64,000 nt of DNA from Cyanidioschyzon merolae (lineage: Eukaryota), in the NCBI GenBank assembly GCA_000091205.1, contig AP006498.2, one strand, 5' to 3'. Shown one piece after another: positions 20,033 through 31,071 of the stretch. Below the pieces are notes generated by a model, which ran no database searches, was not told where the DNA came from, and saw nothing but the letters and a program-made list of their open reading frames with translations. The translations under genes were made by a program, and so were the position numbers. Every line of letters begins with the position of its first letter. Position 1 is the stretch's first letter.

Positions 20033-22414
20033 CTACCACAGTGCGCATACTTTCCGCGGGTGCATGGCGGAGCCGCTGCGGCAACGAAACGCTTCAGCAA
20101 ACTCGGGAAACTGACTCAGAATCCCATTCACTCGGTAGCGATTGGGCGCGTGCACGTCCACCACGAGTCCTTCCATGGCATATTTGGGAGTTTCGTTCTC
20201 ACACCAGGTCTGGGCGAAGGCGACGAAATAGAGCTGCTCGGGTGTCCAGTCTGGCCGGATTCTGCGGGTGAGGTTCCATTCCCGGTGTCGGGCTGCCTCT
20301 GTTAGGTGTTCTTTGACGAGTCGATTATAGGCCGCGTACGCAGTCTTCATGCCTGTGAGATCCGCGAGATTCTCTTGCAGCGTTAAACGTCCGTTGACTG
20401 GTCGTCCATTCACTCGAAAGTGGTCGTAAAGATTTGTCATACATTTGGCCCTACGGTCGTATTCTTGGACGGCTTGAGGGCTCATCCAGTTCGAAAGACG
20501 ACCGTGCGCGTCGTAATGACGTCCGCCTGAGTCGAAGGCATGACCAAGTTCATGACCAATGACGTTCCCAAGTGCACCATAATTCACGGCCTCTGGGTAC
20601 AGCGCCGAATAAAAATTTGGAGCGAAATTCGCCGCTGGGATGTTCATGGAATTCGAGAGCGGGTCGTAGTATGCGTTCACGGTGATTGGGGTCATGTCCC
20701 AGAGACTTGGGTTCCGCGGGCCGCCAATCTGTTTCAAGATCGCATCGTTGCGGAACTGCCGACAGAGAAACACGTCGCCCAGCAAATCAGAGCCGTTGAG
20801 GTGCAGCGTATCGTAGTCCGGCCAGCGATCCGGGTAGCCGATGTTGTTCTGAACCAGACGCAGTTTCTCTAGAGCGGCCCGAAGTGAGCTCCTGCCCAGC
20901 CAGGCTCCATCGTCGCGCTTGAGGATCACCGCAAACTCTTCCTCGATGCTTCGGATTAGCTCTACTGCTTTTCCACGAAGCTCTGGAGAGAAGAAGCGCT
21001 GCACGTAGAGGCGACCAAGATCGTCCCCGATATGCGCATCCGCAAGGGCGAGACACTGACTCGATAGATTCGCAAGTCCCCGTCTACCTTCAACAATCTG
21101 ACCGAAAAAGCGAAAGTGCTCCGCCGCAAGCGACGAGTTGCCGGCTGCTCCCGCCATGGCGTTCAGCACGTGCCAGCGCAAGTACAGAGAGAGTTTTCTG
21201 GTCTCGTTCGAGATAGAGCTCAGTGCGACCATATCACTCAAGCGTTTCAAGAACGGGGGCCATTGCACCACCAATGGAATCGCAGAAGCGTTTTTTCCCG
21301 TTCCTGCAAGGAGGCTCTCAAGATAGTTCGTCCATGGGATCGCCGGGGCCATCTCGTGCTGCAGTGCGGTCAAGTTTGTGGGATTGTAGACGGCCCAGGC
21401 ATCGTCGCCAAGGTCTGCTTCTGCTTCTGAAGCCTTGGCCAACTCAGTTTCCCATTCGACAATGTTCGCTGCTGCCTGCATCGCTTCTGCTTGATCAGTG
21501 CCGCTCAGCGTGAGCATGCGACCTATGTGATTCGAATACTCATCAAGAATATCCTTATAGTATTCATCGAGATAGTAGTCACGCGTTGGCAACCCTAGCC
21601 CTCCTTGTTCAATGGTCAGCACCATTACCTCTGGGTGCATGCCATCCGGCAGCACCTCGTACGAAAAGAACGGTCGTGGGAGATTCCCTCCTGGATCGAC
21701 GACGCTGCGATGCATTTCGCCTAGAATCGCAAATAGCTCTGTGGGATCAGCGATTGTCTCTAACTGCGACAATATGCGTCCAAACCCAGATGCGTTCAAA
21801 AGTTCCGAGCTTGCATCATTTGCCAGTCCGTCTTCTCCGCTGCGCTCGATATCCGCTGCGCTCGGTTGTCCGGCCGCAAAGCACGCGTCAAAAAAGTCGA
21901 CCACACGCTGCTCGCTCGCCGTGCGAGAAACTGCCCGCCCACTGCGCAACGCCTGCACCATGGGCAGCAACGCGTCGCTGCAGCGCTCCTCCATGAGATC
22001 CGAGGTGCCCCACCGTGCTTCATTTGGCGGGATGGGTTGGCTGCGCAGGAAACCTCCGCACGCATAGGCGTAAAAGTCCTCACAGGGGTCTTCCTGCGGG
22101 TTTATAAACGCCCTTATCTCTCTCAGTACGCGGTCCTGGGTCTCGTTCGTCCCCTGGGTGCCGCCTGCACCACCAGGACCAGCGTAGCTCTTATTTCCAC
22201 TTTCTCGAGAGTATGAAATAAATAGAAGCAAGAGAAGCGCCGTCCCTATCGCCACCAGCACCAAAGTGCGACGAACGCGACGCCCGCGCTCTGTCACAGC
22301 TTGTCTCGCGACAGCGGACATATTAGCTCCATCAGAACCAACATCTCGAGATCCTGCTTCTTGATCTAGAGTACCGCGACCAAAGAGCGGTGATCTCTCT
22401 GACGGAACGCTCAT
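20033..22414 (-). CDS. M13-family zinc metallopeptidase (neprilysin/endothelin-converting-enzyme-like), type II membrane topology. The ATG at 22412-22414 is preferred as start; the ORF track extension up to 22528 runs into the Fanzor copy C tail.
   Basis: It has a single N-terminal TM (LVLVAIGTALLLLLFISY). The zinc motif is HExxH (NVIGHELGHAFD) with the downstream ENLADLTG (ExxxD) third ligand. NAYYDPLSNSMNIPAANF and the C-terminal ...CALW are M13 hallmarks. Confidence 0.8.
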   Translation of the reverse strand: MSVPSERSPLFGRGTLDQEAGSRDVGSDGANMSAVARQAVTERGRRVRRTLVLVAIGTALLLLLFISYSRESGNKSYAGPGGAGGTQGTNETQDRVLREIRAFINPQEDPCEDFYAYACGGFLRSQPIPPNEARWGTSDLMEERCSDALLPMVQALRSGRAVSRTASEQRVVDFFDACFAAGQPSAADIERSGEDGLANDASSELLNASGFGRILSQLETIADPTELFAILGEMHRSVVDPGGNLPRPFFSYEVLPDGMHPEVMVLTIEQGGLGLPTRDYYLDEYYKDILDEYSNHIGRMLTLSGTDQAEAMQAAANIVEWETELAKASEAEADLGDDAWAVYNPTNLTALQHEMAPAIPWTNYLESLLAGTGKNASAIPLVVQWPPFLKRLSDMVALSSISNETRKLSLYLRWHVLNAMAGAAGNSSLAAEHFRFFGQIVEGRRGLANLSSQCLALADAHIGDDLGRLYVQRFFSPELRGKAVELIRSIEEEFAVILKRDDGAWLGRSSLRAALEKLRLVQNNIGYPDRWPDYDTLHLNGSDLLGDVFLCRQFRNDAILKQIGGPRNPSLWDMTPITVNAYYDPLSNSMNIPAANFAPNFYSALYPEAVNYGALGNVIGHELGHAFDSGGRHYDAHGRLSNWMSPQAVQEYDRRAKCMTNLYDHFRVNGRPVNGRLTLQENLADLTGMKTAYAAYNRLVKEHLTEAARHREWNLTRRIRPDWTPEQLYFVAFAQTWCENETPKYAMEGLVVDVHAPNRYRVNGILSQFPEFAEAFRCRSGSAMHPRKVCALW

Positions 22415-22424
22415 GACACTCTGG

Positions 22425-24935
22425 AAACCTCGTTCGCCACGGTAGCACCGCCACAGCCGTTCTAAGTCGGACGACGCCGACGGTATCCCGTAGTGGCGGC
22501 AAACGCGCCTTAGACAAATCGTCTCCAACTGACGTGCAGACGCGTCCCCGTCTTTTTCGACCGGCCACCCACTACTGCTTCTAACTTTTTCTTATATAGT
22601 TCGACTTTGAGAGGTTGTCCAACAAAGTTCTCTCTTGTCCACTCTGGAGGTCTCGTCTCCAGCACTGCACATCTCCTGATATTGATGGCGGCATCAAAGT
22701 CACGATTCACGAATTCCATACGTTTCTTGCCATCACTGGGTGTACTTACTAATGCAAGTAGTCCACGAACTTTTGCCCTCCTTTCCATTTGCTCCTCCGT
22801 AAGCGGTCCATACTTTATTATATCTTCAGGGCTCCTCTGGCACTTTTCCATCTCCACTCTCTGAAGTGTACAACCCAGCTCGTGGTGTGTATACGATGTT
22901 CGAAACTCATCTACAGGTATCGTAACGAAACGCCGTGCACACTCCTTGTGCGCTCTCGTCGTTGGAGCTGGTGTACACCCTTTTTGGGTCTTCCAGCGCC
23001 CTGCTCCGTATGCTACGACGAGCCTCTGACTTTCATCCTCCTTCAGGGCGTTCAACTGATTGAAAAAGTTCGCGAACGCCCGCTGTTTCCCACAGTATAG
23101 ATTCATACGCAGACGAGCCCACCGAGGCTTTGTATACTCCTCCCACAGCGCCTCCCAATGAGCAACGCGAACTTTCATGAATTTCAGAAAAGCTTGAAAG
23201 CCCGCTCCTCGGCTCGTCACCTCGCTCATAGCTTCCAAGTGGTCCTTTATTCCTGCATTCCATGTCTCAATTTTCTTCCGCACATTCATTATTCCGGATT
23301 CTCTTTAGTCTCTTGCGCTCGAGAACCTCAGAAGACGCATGTGTTTCTGACGCAAGTTACCGTCAGTACCATCGTCCGCAAGCTTGGATACAGCGATGGA
23401 TATGATATTTGTGTTTCCGGGGTCCGCGCGAACGACAAAGTCGTTTTCCTGCATTTTCTGCGTCGCAGGATCCGCTTGTTTGTTTCCTTCATGTTTCGCC
23501 GAGCGCGAAGCCGAGGGCGGAACTGGACGATCTTTCAACAACCGCAGATAGTGTACACACATGGCTACTCCATCGCTTTCGATCAACCCAGTGAATTCGT
23601 TTTTCTTGCTGACTTTGAGCCCTTTGAAATTGAAGATATTCTTCCAGTACGTCTCGCGGGTTTCGGCGGTGATCTCTGTGCTCCTTACATCGAACTCGGG
23701 ACTGGTCTCAGTCATGATGCCGTAAAGGACGCCGGAGTCGATAGTCACAAAATGTGACTTGATGTTGCCCAACGGAACCACGTTGAAGCGCTCGCCCATT
23801 AGGAACGCCTTCCGTCTCTCCCATTCTTCATTTTTTTCCTCACTCAGCTTCATCTCCGCTTTGCGATCGAGCTCTCGGTCCAAAAACACAAAATACCGTA
23901 GGACGAGACGATCGTATCTTTCCTTATCTTTTTTCAACTCTGATATCTTTTCTGTCGGATTCGCCAGCCCCGAAACTGCACGGTGCTCTTGCATAGCCGC
24001 ACGGATTACAGAAGCTGCATTCGTGATCTCTTTTGACGCCTTCTTGTCGACAAATTCGATCCCATCTACACGCCGGCGATTGTTCGTGATGCCGTTGGTA
24101 ATCGCCCATATCCCTTTGGGAGAGATGCCCGGGATAGAGTGCAAATGCGGCGCGTATCATGAAACGTTCGAGGTTCGTTGTCAAACGATTCTCCAGATTC
24201 GTGAGTCACTTCATCGCCCCATAGTCGTAAATATCCCGGTCATCCCTGTACTGGGTACCCTCGAAGCGGAATTCCGCGAAGTTTTCGTGGAGGGCATGCA
24301 CCCGCTCATTTTCCATCCGCGCTTCCTCTGTACCAAGCATCAGCTGACGAATAAACTTCTTATCGAAAAACTCGTCCGGAATCTCCACCGTTTGCATGTG
24401 CGTCACGTCGCGATACATCTCCCGTACCAAATGCATCAGTCCTGACGACGCCTTGACAATACTCTTGGAGTACGAGTCGACGCGGTTTCTGATAGCGTCT
24501 CGCAACTTTTCCCTGTAGGGATCCTTGATATGGCCATGAAGAAAGGTTTTCACCACCATCTCGTCGTACATTCGTCTTTCTTGCATCCTTCGACGTAGAG
24601 TCTCCCCCCCTTCCCCTTTGGTCCTTCTTCTTTTCCTTTTCTTCTGGACTTGGCACTGTTTTTTGTTTTTTCTGGCAGCCGGCGACACTGGGCCTCCAGG
24701 ATCGTGGACTTGCTTTTTCATCACTTTCCTTTTTTTGTTTGTTTTTGAAAAACAACGCTCTTTGATCCCTTCTGTTATACACAGCAAAAAATCAATCGAG
24801 CATTTTTGCTTGAGGTTTGAAACACAAATGAACTGAAAACTGTACTTTGCTACGACCTCAACGCAAACACAACTTTTACAGCTGAACAAGACGCTTCTGA
24901 TCGCGATTGCGTCTCCCTTCAACGGCGACGGGCGC
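22425..24935 (-). mobile_element. Fanzor/TnpB-like element, copy C. The RE tail ends ~10 bp upstream of the M13 peptidase ATG. It is most similar to copy A at the RE and to copy D overall.
   Basis: Nucleotide homology to copies A, B and D. The tail sequence cgtagtggcggcaaacgcgccttagac is the reverse complement of copy A's gtctaaggcgcgtttgccgccactacg. Confidence 0.7.
22510..24922 (-). pseudogene. Fanzor-like endonuclease gene, copy C. An in-frame TGA follows ...YDYGAMK and is shared with copy D. A TAA between the ...FSSARD and [11 protein letters not shown] parts is shared with copy A.
   Basis: The ORFs are 24206..24922 (N-terminus with the MKKQVHDPGG...KKRKRRRTKG NLS-like region), 23305..24144 (RuvC-I region) and 22510..23289 (Zn cluster plus RuvC-III VNRDFDAAINIRRCAVL). 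Confidence 0.6.
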
Positions 24936-25640
24936 TTCGTGTCTAATGCCTGCCAGACAAGGATGTGCGCGTATCGGGCGCACTCTATAGAACAAAGAAC
25001 AGATACTGACCATTAAATCGCCACGAGATAACGATTTCTTTCCCCTCTGCGATAAACGTTGAGACGGGGAAAACTGTCGGTACTTTCGAAAGTTTACCTT
25101 CTAGACGCAAGGTCCCGCGGATTGCACGAGTCTCCCAGGCTCGTGCTTCACGCTCCGCCACTGGCAGGTGCTTTCGTGACATCTGAGCAACTCGTCCGTA
25201 ACGCACTCCACTCTGGGACTTGGAACGGGTAGCCGGCGTCTGGGCGTTGCCCATGATGCAGTGGGCTCCTGGTATATCGCGTTGCGCTGCCGCAGGCACT
25301 AGCTCAGTCTGCGCAGCTTGCAGACTCCTAGAACGACTATGAGCCACGACTCCGTTTCAGGTGAAGCGTTCCTCGGTCCGACGCCCTCGGAGGTATGGCA
25401 AAGCCGTTCAGTCTCCGTGATGCATCGGCATCAGCGATATAACCGCAATTGCGGGTGCTCAAAGCAGGTAATCGGCGCTCGATAGAGCATAAGAATCGAC
25501 CATTACATCCGAAATGATTTATGGGTCATCTAACTTGAGGGTAAGTGCATCATGATGGATGCTTTCCCGAAACCCAACATCCATCCATCCATCCATTCTG
25601 CAATCTGGGATCCATGGTCCACGAAAACGTTTTGTCACTG
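24936..25640. repeat. ~700-bp segment flanking the LE side of Fanzor copy C. It is duplicated almost identically next to copy D (52063-52765) but absent next to copy A. It contains a 120-aa minus-strand ORF (24985..25347) and a (CATC)n run.
   Basis: Direct comparison of 24936-25640 with 52063-52765 shows colinear near-identity ending at ...ccatggtccacgaaaacgttttgt. The ORF MAHSRSRSLQAAQ...GKEIVISWRFNGQYLFFVL is conserved in both; no recognisable domain. Confidence 0.45.
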
Positions 25641-25809
25641 TAAAAAAATCAGCGCTGCCGCCGTTGCAGAGCGCCTCCAAGTTTCGCCAAAAACTCGTTG
25701 CCAAACGAGCGCTGCTATTGTTCTAGTTTACCGCTGTTGTCGTTGTTGTTGCCGTTGCTGGTAAGATTTCGTTAGGGCGCTGGTGCCTCAAGTTGGCGCC
25801 AACCAGGGC

Positions 25810-27087
25810 ATGTCACTGGGGTCGGCTGGTCGCCCGGACAGCAGAGAGAAAGTGTCTCAGATTGAAGGAAGCGCTATTCTTTTAGTAGGTGCGCGTGGTG
25901 CAGGGAAACGAACCATTCGCTCGATTCTGCTCGGAGCTCCAAGCGCTTCAGCAGTAGATAGCCCCGTCCAGTCAGGTCAGCTGAGCTCGCTCAGACTCTT
26001 CGGGTCGGTTGTGCTTTGCCTCCTGGACTTGGAGCTTCCAATAAGCGTCGAGACTGCGTCACAGCTGCGGGGATTCCTTCGAACCGGCAGGGTACTCTCG
26101 CTGGTCTTCATTGTCGATGTCAGTTCGAGCGAGGGAGCCAGCGCCGACAGGAACTGGATACGGGCGGTGACGGAGCTTACGGTTGCAAAGAACTTGCCCG
26201 CACTGCAGCGATACATCATTCTACACAAAACCGACATGCTGCCAGACGGGTCGGCCGCTGCGCAGCTGCGTCGGCAAGCGCGAGTCTGCTGTGAGGCCGG
26301 CTATCTCGACTCGAGTCGCTGCTTCAGGACGTCCATCTGGGACTCGTCTCTTTACCACGCATGGTCGACCATTGCTCGTTCGCTGGTACCGGACATTGCA
26401 CAAGTCCAGGAGGCGCTGCAAGCGCTCAGCCGGGACCCGTCTGTGCGCCGTATCGTGCTCTTGGAGAGCACCTCTCTGCTCGTGCTCGGGTACGCAGGGG
26501 CGCCTCTGTACGGACGACCATCGCTAGAGACGGAACCGAAAGCGGCTTCATCACCTGTGAGTCGATGGCTTGCCTGGTTCGGTTCAAGTGAGACCCTTCC
26601 TCGTGGGCAGCCTCAGGCTGGGTCAGAGCGTCCTGCCGAGGAACTCGCTGACCCTACCCAGAGCACGAAGCAGCGCAGTCGTTGGCCCTGGCGGAAACTG
26701 GAACGCTGGTCTAGCGCACCGCTACTGGACCGCTCGGAACTCGTGGCGATCTCTGAGCCGTTTCGACTCAAGGATGCCGAGGCGTTCGAAAAAATGAGCC
26801 TCATCCTCAAGCGCCTAAAACTCGCATGTATGCGCACAGGGACCATGTTTCAGATGCTTCGCGTGCGGAAGCAGCACGGTGATGCGCTCCTTGAGGCGTT
26901 TACCCCACATACGTTGATTTTGGTGCATCTTCGCGCGTCGGAAAATAGAGAACAGGAGCAGAAGCGCATTCTTTCTGCGATGCGGGAAACCTTGAAACCA
27001 GCGTATCGTAGTATTGCAAAATTAGAGCACACTGCAGAGGATGTTCCGTGGAGTCTTTCGGACAGTTCCAGAATCGGTGCTTTCTGA
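25810..27087 (+). CDS. Rag-family small GTPase, RagA/B / Gtr1-like (TORC1-regulating Ras-related GTP-binding protein). The ORF track start at 25783 is GTG; the ATG at 25810 is preferred.
   Basis: The P-loop region is [14 protein letters not shown]. The G4 motif is HKTD in place of NKxD ([12 protein letters not shown]), which is diagnostic of Rag GTPases. [36 protein letters not shown] closely parallels RagA [30 protein letters not shown]. A C-terminal roadblock-like domain follows. Confidence 0.7.
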   Translation: [425 protein letters not shown]

Positions 27088-28616
27088 GAGCGTAGGACCT
27101 GCATGACTCCCGCACGCGCAAGGACTCGGCTTTCTACACGACGTTGCGGCGTTGAAGCGTGACGAACGTTCGTTAGGAACGCGTGCCCCCTGGTGCAGCG
27201 ACTTTTGCTTGATTGTACTTCGGGAAACTTGGTCGCTTCGAAACCAGTTGGCGTTGCCGCTTCCTCCTTACCGAGTGTCAAGCTTTGCATCGTATGTCAG
27301 TGTTGTCGACGAAAGGTTCATGCACCACGTACACATCATGCCGAACCTTACTCCTTAAAGAACAATAGGAAACTGCCGATGCGCGATGTCCATGCAACGG
27401 TTGCCGCTACGCCAGTCCCAGCGAGATGGCCACGCTTTCGCACTAGTTCTTGTGAATTGCATGACAATAAAGGCTTTGCGCACGGCATTTTCTGGAATGT
27501 CGCGCAGGCTGCAATACCTGGGCAATGAAGACGCCCAGCGCGATTCGCGTGCTGCACTCACGCCAGTCGCCTGTGTCCGTAGAAAGCTGTCGATGGGACG
27601 CGCTTTCGCAGTCGGTGGAGGGATACCCGAGTCAGCTCCGTGGAGCCATATCCTTTTCAAGGCATATCCCTCGTGCTTCTCTTTGTCAAGTTTCCACCGG
27701 TCCTGTTCGCAGTTCCGTCGAGCGTCCTCGCGTAGAGCGTCGAGGAAAACGTGCACTCTCCGCGAAATGCTTTTCGAGAAACCCAACGCTCACTGAACCT
27801 GCTGAACGAATCATACGAATATGTATGGAAAGCGTGTGACGGTGAGTCTGCGTGGCCCTAGACCCAGGGCAGTCAGTCATCGTATCCAGGTGTTTTCTGT
27901 GCTGTGGAGACAATGAATTGAACCAGGGAAATCCCGGATGCCTGATATGCGTACCATCACTAGAGCAAAAAACATTCTATGACGATAAAGCGTTTGTATA
28001 CACACAGACCTCCAGATGTTTCCCGGCCTTTTTTTGACCGAACCCTCTGATATCCGTTTGGGGTTTTCCCTGCAGACTTCGAGCTTGGGAAGCCACCCAG
28101 CGAATTTAGAGGGTGTCAGGTCCTCAGTCCTCGTCTTTAGCACCACAGATCGTGTGATATTGACTGCACCGTGAAAGTCTGGGGTTCACGAACTCTATGA
28201 GTCTATTGCATCTAAATGAACTCACGTTTGCAGGGATTCCCCTATCTTTTGCACTCTATGACACTAGAGTCTCGTCATTGCCACGTTTGGCAAACATCTG
28301 TTCTCGTCGCTCGTCGGTCTCCCGTTTCCCACTTCTTCTTCTGCTTCGTCAATAGCGCTATATCCCTCTGTTCTCGACGAGACGAGGATTTTTATCGTTT
28401 CTTTTTCAAGCACCCGGCAATGGTAGTCATCCAAGATGTCTGACTTGCATGTCTATACCTTTCCCTTTGATTTTTTATTTCTTCAAATGAATGCACTTTG
28501 AATACATCGGCTATGAGCCGTGGAAAAGCATATGGTGACATGCATCTGGCGTGGAACGCAATTGAGTTGAAATACGATAATCACCCGTGCGTGCATGCAG
28601 CGCAGATACGAAAAAG

Positions 28617-28652
28617 GGACGACGACGACGGCGGCGGCGGCGGCGGCGGCGG
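28617..28652. repeat. (GAC)4(GGC)8 trinucleotide repeat, intergenic.
   Basis: The sequence gacgacgacgacggcggcggcggcggcggcggcgg is read directly. Confidence 0.7.
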
Positions 28653-28851
28653 TATCGAATTCGCAACCGCCTCCATTGCATTTGTTTATCGCGCGACGGA
28701 CGCTCTGTAGCGGAAACAGGTTAGCAACAGGGCGCTCTTGGCCAATATTCGTACGGACCAGGAACAGTTGAATTTGCACAGAAAGCAACAGCACCTGGAA
28801 CTGGACGCCGACTTTCCCGGTTACGGATTGTGAGGCTGCGTCGACTCTGTT

Positions 28852-30246
28852 ATGTCACTGCCGAGGCCATGGGAGAGTACCTGCGCGCTCTCGGGCAACG
28901 GAGTCTCAGCGTACCAAAACGCTACATGGAGCCTGCAACATATCACGCTGACTTTGGCTGCGCCTTCAAATAACCTGATAACCACTCAGTTCGATGACGG
29001 TGGCGAAGGCGGCATACCAGCGGGACACTCGCTCGCGTTCACAACAGCACTCCAGGGTTGGCGACGGGGCTGCGGCCGTGCGCGAGGTGCGCATTCGTTG
29101 GAAACGCTGTTCCCAGAGTGCTACCGACCACAGGGACGACGCGTTTGGCACTTGTATCGTCCTCTGAAGCGTATGCAGAGCGCTGTAGCGTACTCAGCTC
29201 TAACGATGCTTGCTGATCTCTCAGGCGTTTCCGTGCTGCAACGCCGCGCTCGGTGCACCGAAGCCGCGCAGGGTTTTGTGTCATCCACCTGCGCATCGGG
29301 GTTGCAATATTCATCGGGGCTCAACGGCGCTGCCGAGCACAGCTCAACGGCAAGTCACCGAGGCGATGAGGCTCCACGCGAAATTATGTCCAGATTTGTG
29401 TCGACGGTGCTGAAATTGAAGCATCACAAAACATCGCACGCTCTGCTCCCTATTGGGAACAACGGCGTCACATCCGCATCTCTGACCATAGTGCAGCCTG
29501 GTAACTTCGCATCCAACCCATTTCGAACGAGCGCGCGGTCGTTGGTCGTGATCAACCGCCGCAAGACGACTCCGAGCGCCACGGGTGAAACGGCGTCGCC
29601 ACTGGTCGCCTCGGTGCGGACTAGCGGCACGTCTTCCGCGGACGCTTTGCACAGCGGAGGCGGCGTCAGCACACCTATCAGTTCTGCTTACCATTTTCGG
29701 AATGTCCGTTCTATGGCAGCCCGTCGCCGATGGGCGGACCCCTTCTATCGCCATCGTGTTCTTGAGGCCCGGCGGCGGACTCTCAGTCGCAAGCGGCGTG
29801 TCGCTGCGGCGCTCGCCAGGGCAGAAGCCAACCACGATTCGTCTCCTACAGAGGCATCGGCACAGTTGGGTACAAATCAGACTGGCTCCGCTCATGGCAA
29901 ACTCGTCAAGCAAGCAACATCCAAGTGTCGTCGGGCGGGACCCGTCGAAAGCATCACGCTGGTCGATGAGAACCGCGCAAGACAGCTCATTGCTTACGCG
30001 CAGTCGAACGCAAAGCGCTCGGAGAAGCATCGTCAGATGCGAGCCGACCGCATTCACTGGATGAATCAGCGCTTAGCAGCTGGCGAAAAGCAGCGGATGC
30101 GGTTATTCGACCCAGAGTTTAGAGAAGCGCTCCAGCGGCGTCGTCGTGAAATGGCGCTATTACGGCACGCCCGGCAGGGTTCACACGGCGACGATCGAGA
30201 GCGGTGCGTCGAACACGAAAGCACTTGCCCGGGGGATGCCTGCTAA
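28852..30246 (+). CDS. hypothetical protein (464 aa), Ser/Ala/Arg-rich, with no recognisable domain
   Basis: A long ATG-initiated ORF in a GC-rich region. The call rests only on ORF length and codon periodicity. Confidence 0.3.
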   Translation: MSLPRPWESTCALSGNGVSAYQNATWSLQHITLTLAAPSNNLITTQFDDGGEGGIPAGHSLAFTTALQGWRRGCGRARGAHSLETLFPECYRPQGRRVWHLYRPLKRMQSAVAYSALTMLADLSGVSVLQRRARCTEAAQGFVSSTCASGLQYSSGLNGAAEHSSTASHRGDEAPREIMSRFVSTVLKLKHHKTSHALLPIGNNGVTSASLTIVQPGNFASNPFRTSARSLVVINRRKTTPSATGETASPLVASVRTSGTSSADALHSGGGVSTPISSAYHFRNVRSMAARRRWADPFYRHRVLEARRRTLSRKRRVAAALARAEANHDSSPTEASAQLGTNQTGSAHGKLVKQATSKCRRAGPVESITLVDENRARQLIAYAQSNAKRSEKHRQMRADRIHWMNQRLAAGEKQRMRLFDPEFREALQRRRREMALLRHARQGSHGDDRERCVEHESTCPGDAC

Positions 30247-31071
30247 TCAGGCGCTCGTGCGCTGCGTGCGGCGCGACTGAAGCATCCATACCAAGAGAGA
30301 TAACAAAAGGGAAACTAATATGTTCAAGACCAGGGTCTAAGAGAGCTTTCCAACTCAAGGCATAGGACTGTCAACGTGTCTTCACCGATTTTTTTGCAGC
30401 GTAAAGCATTTTCCGATCCTTGCGCCTCGGCGTGCGCCATAGGAGATACCAGATCTCGAAACTCTTCGTGTAGTCAAATCGACGCACGGTCACGCCATCA
30501 TCAACTAGGTGCCAGATTGCAAACCACTCAGTTTGTTTGCCGCAGCTGGCGGTACCCAAAAGCGCGGCGGGTTAGCGCGCCGCATTTGTTGCCGCGTCTG
30601 GGCGGAACTTGATCGATCAGAGCCCCACAGAATTGCGCTGCCTGCCTATGGCGACGCAGCATCTACTCGGCGGCAATTCAGAAGCCTTTCATGACCCCAG
30701 CGGTAGGCGCAGCGGACCCGGTTGACACGCAAGGCAGGAGACGCCGACGTCTCCGGGGAAGTATCCGCACCATGTTCTTTCAAAATCACAGCAGGCGATC
30801 GAGTCTGTTCCGCGCCCAGCTCGTCAGGCATCTCCAGTTCGTGTATTAACCATCGCACCGTGGCGATATGCGCAAATCCATGAAGCACGTCGCACACTAC
30901 GAGACAAACCGCGGTATCTAGAGCAAATCAAAGCACGTGAGGATGTCGCGAGGGCCATTGCTCTGGAAACCGCTCAGGAACGCTGTGGCGTCCTCGATCA
31001 ACGCATCTTCCATTGATTCAGTAAGGTAGCTAACCATGCTTGTCATTCTCCCACAGCGGATGATACATCGA

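Noticed and set aside
22332-22568. ORFs beginning MAGRKRRGRVCTSVGD... (22332..22568, 16895..17173 and 48976..49698 N-terminus), which appear to encode a conserved peptide.
   Set aside because: They are an out-of-frame or opposite-strand read-through of the Fanzor 3' tail and so recur with each element copy. In 48976..49698 they create a false N-terminal extension; the ATG at 49627-49629 is preferred.
24985-25347. The 120-aa ORF MAHSRSRS...FFVL, considered as a possible ribosomal or host protein.
   Set aside because: No recognisable family resemblance could be established by eye. It occurs only within the duplicated flank of Fanzor copies C and D. It is therefore described as part of a repeat and not annotated as a host CDS.
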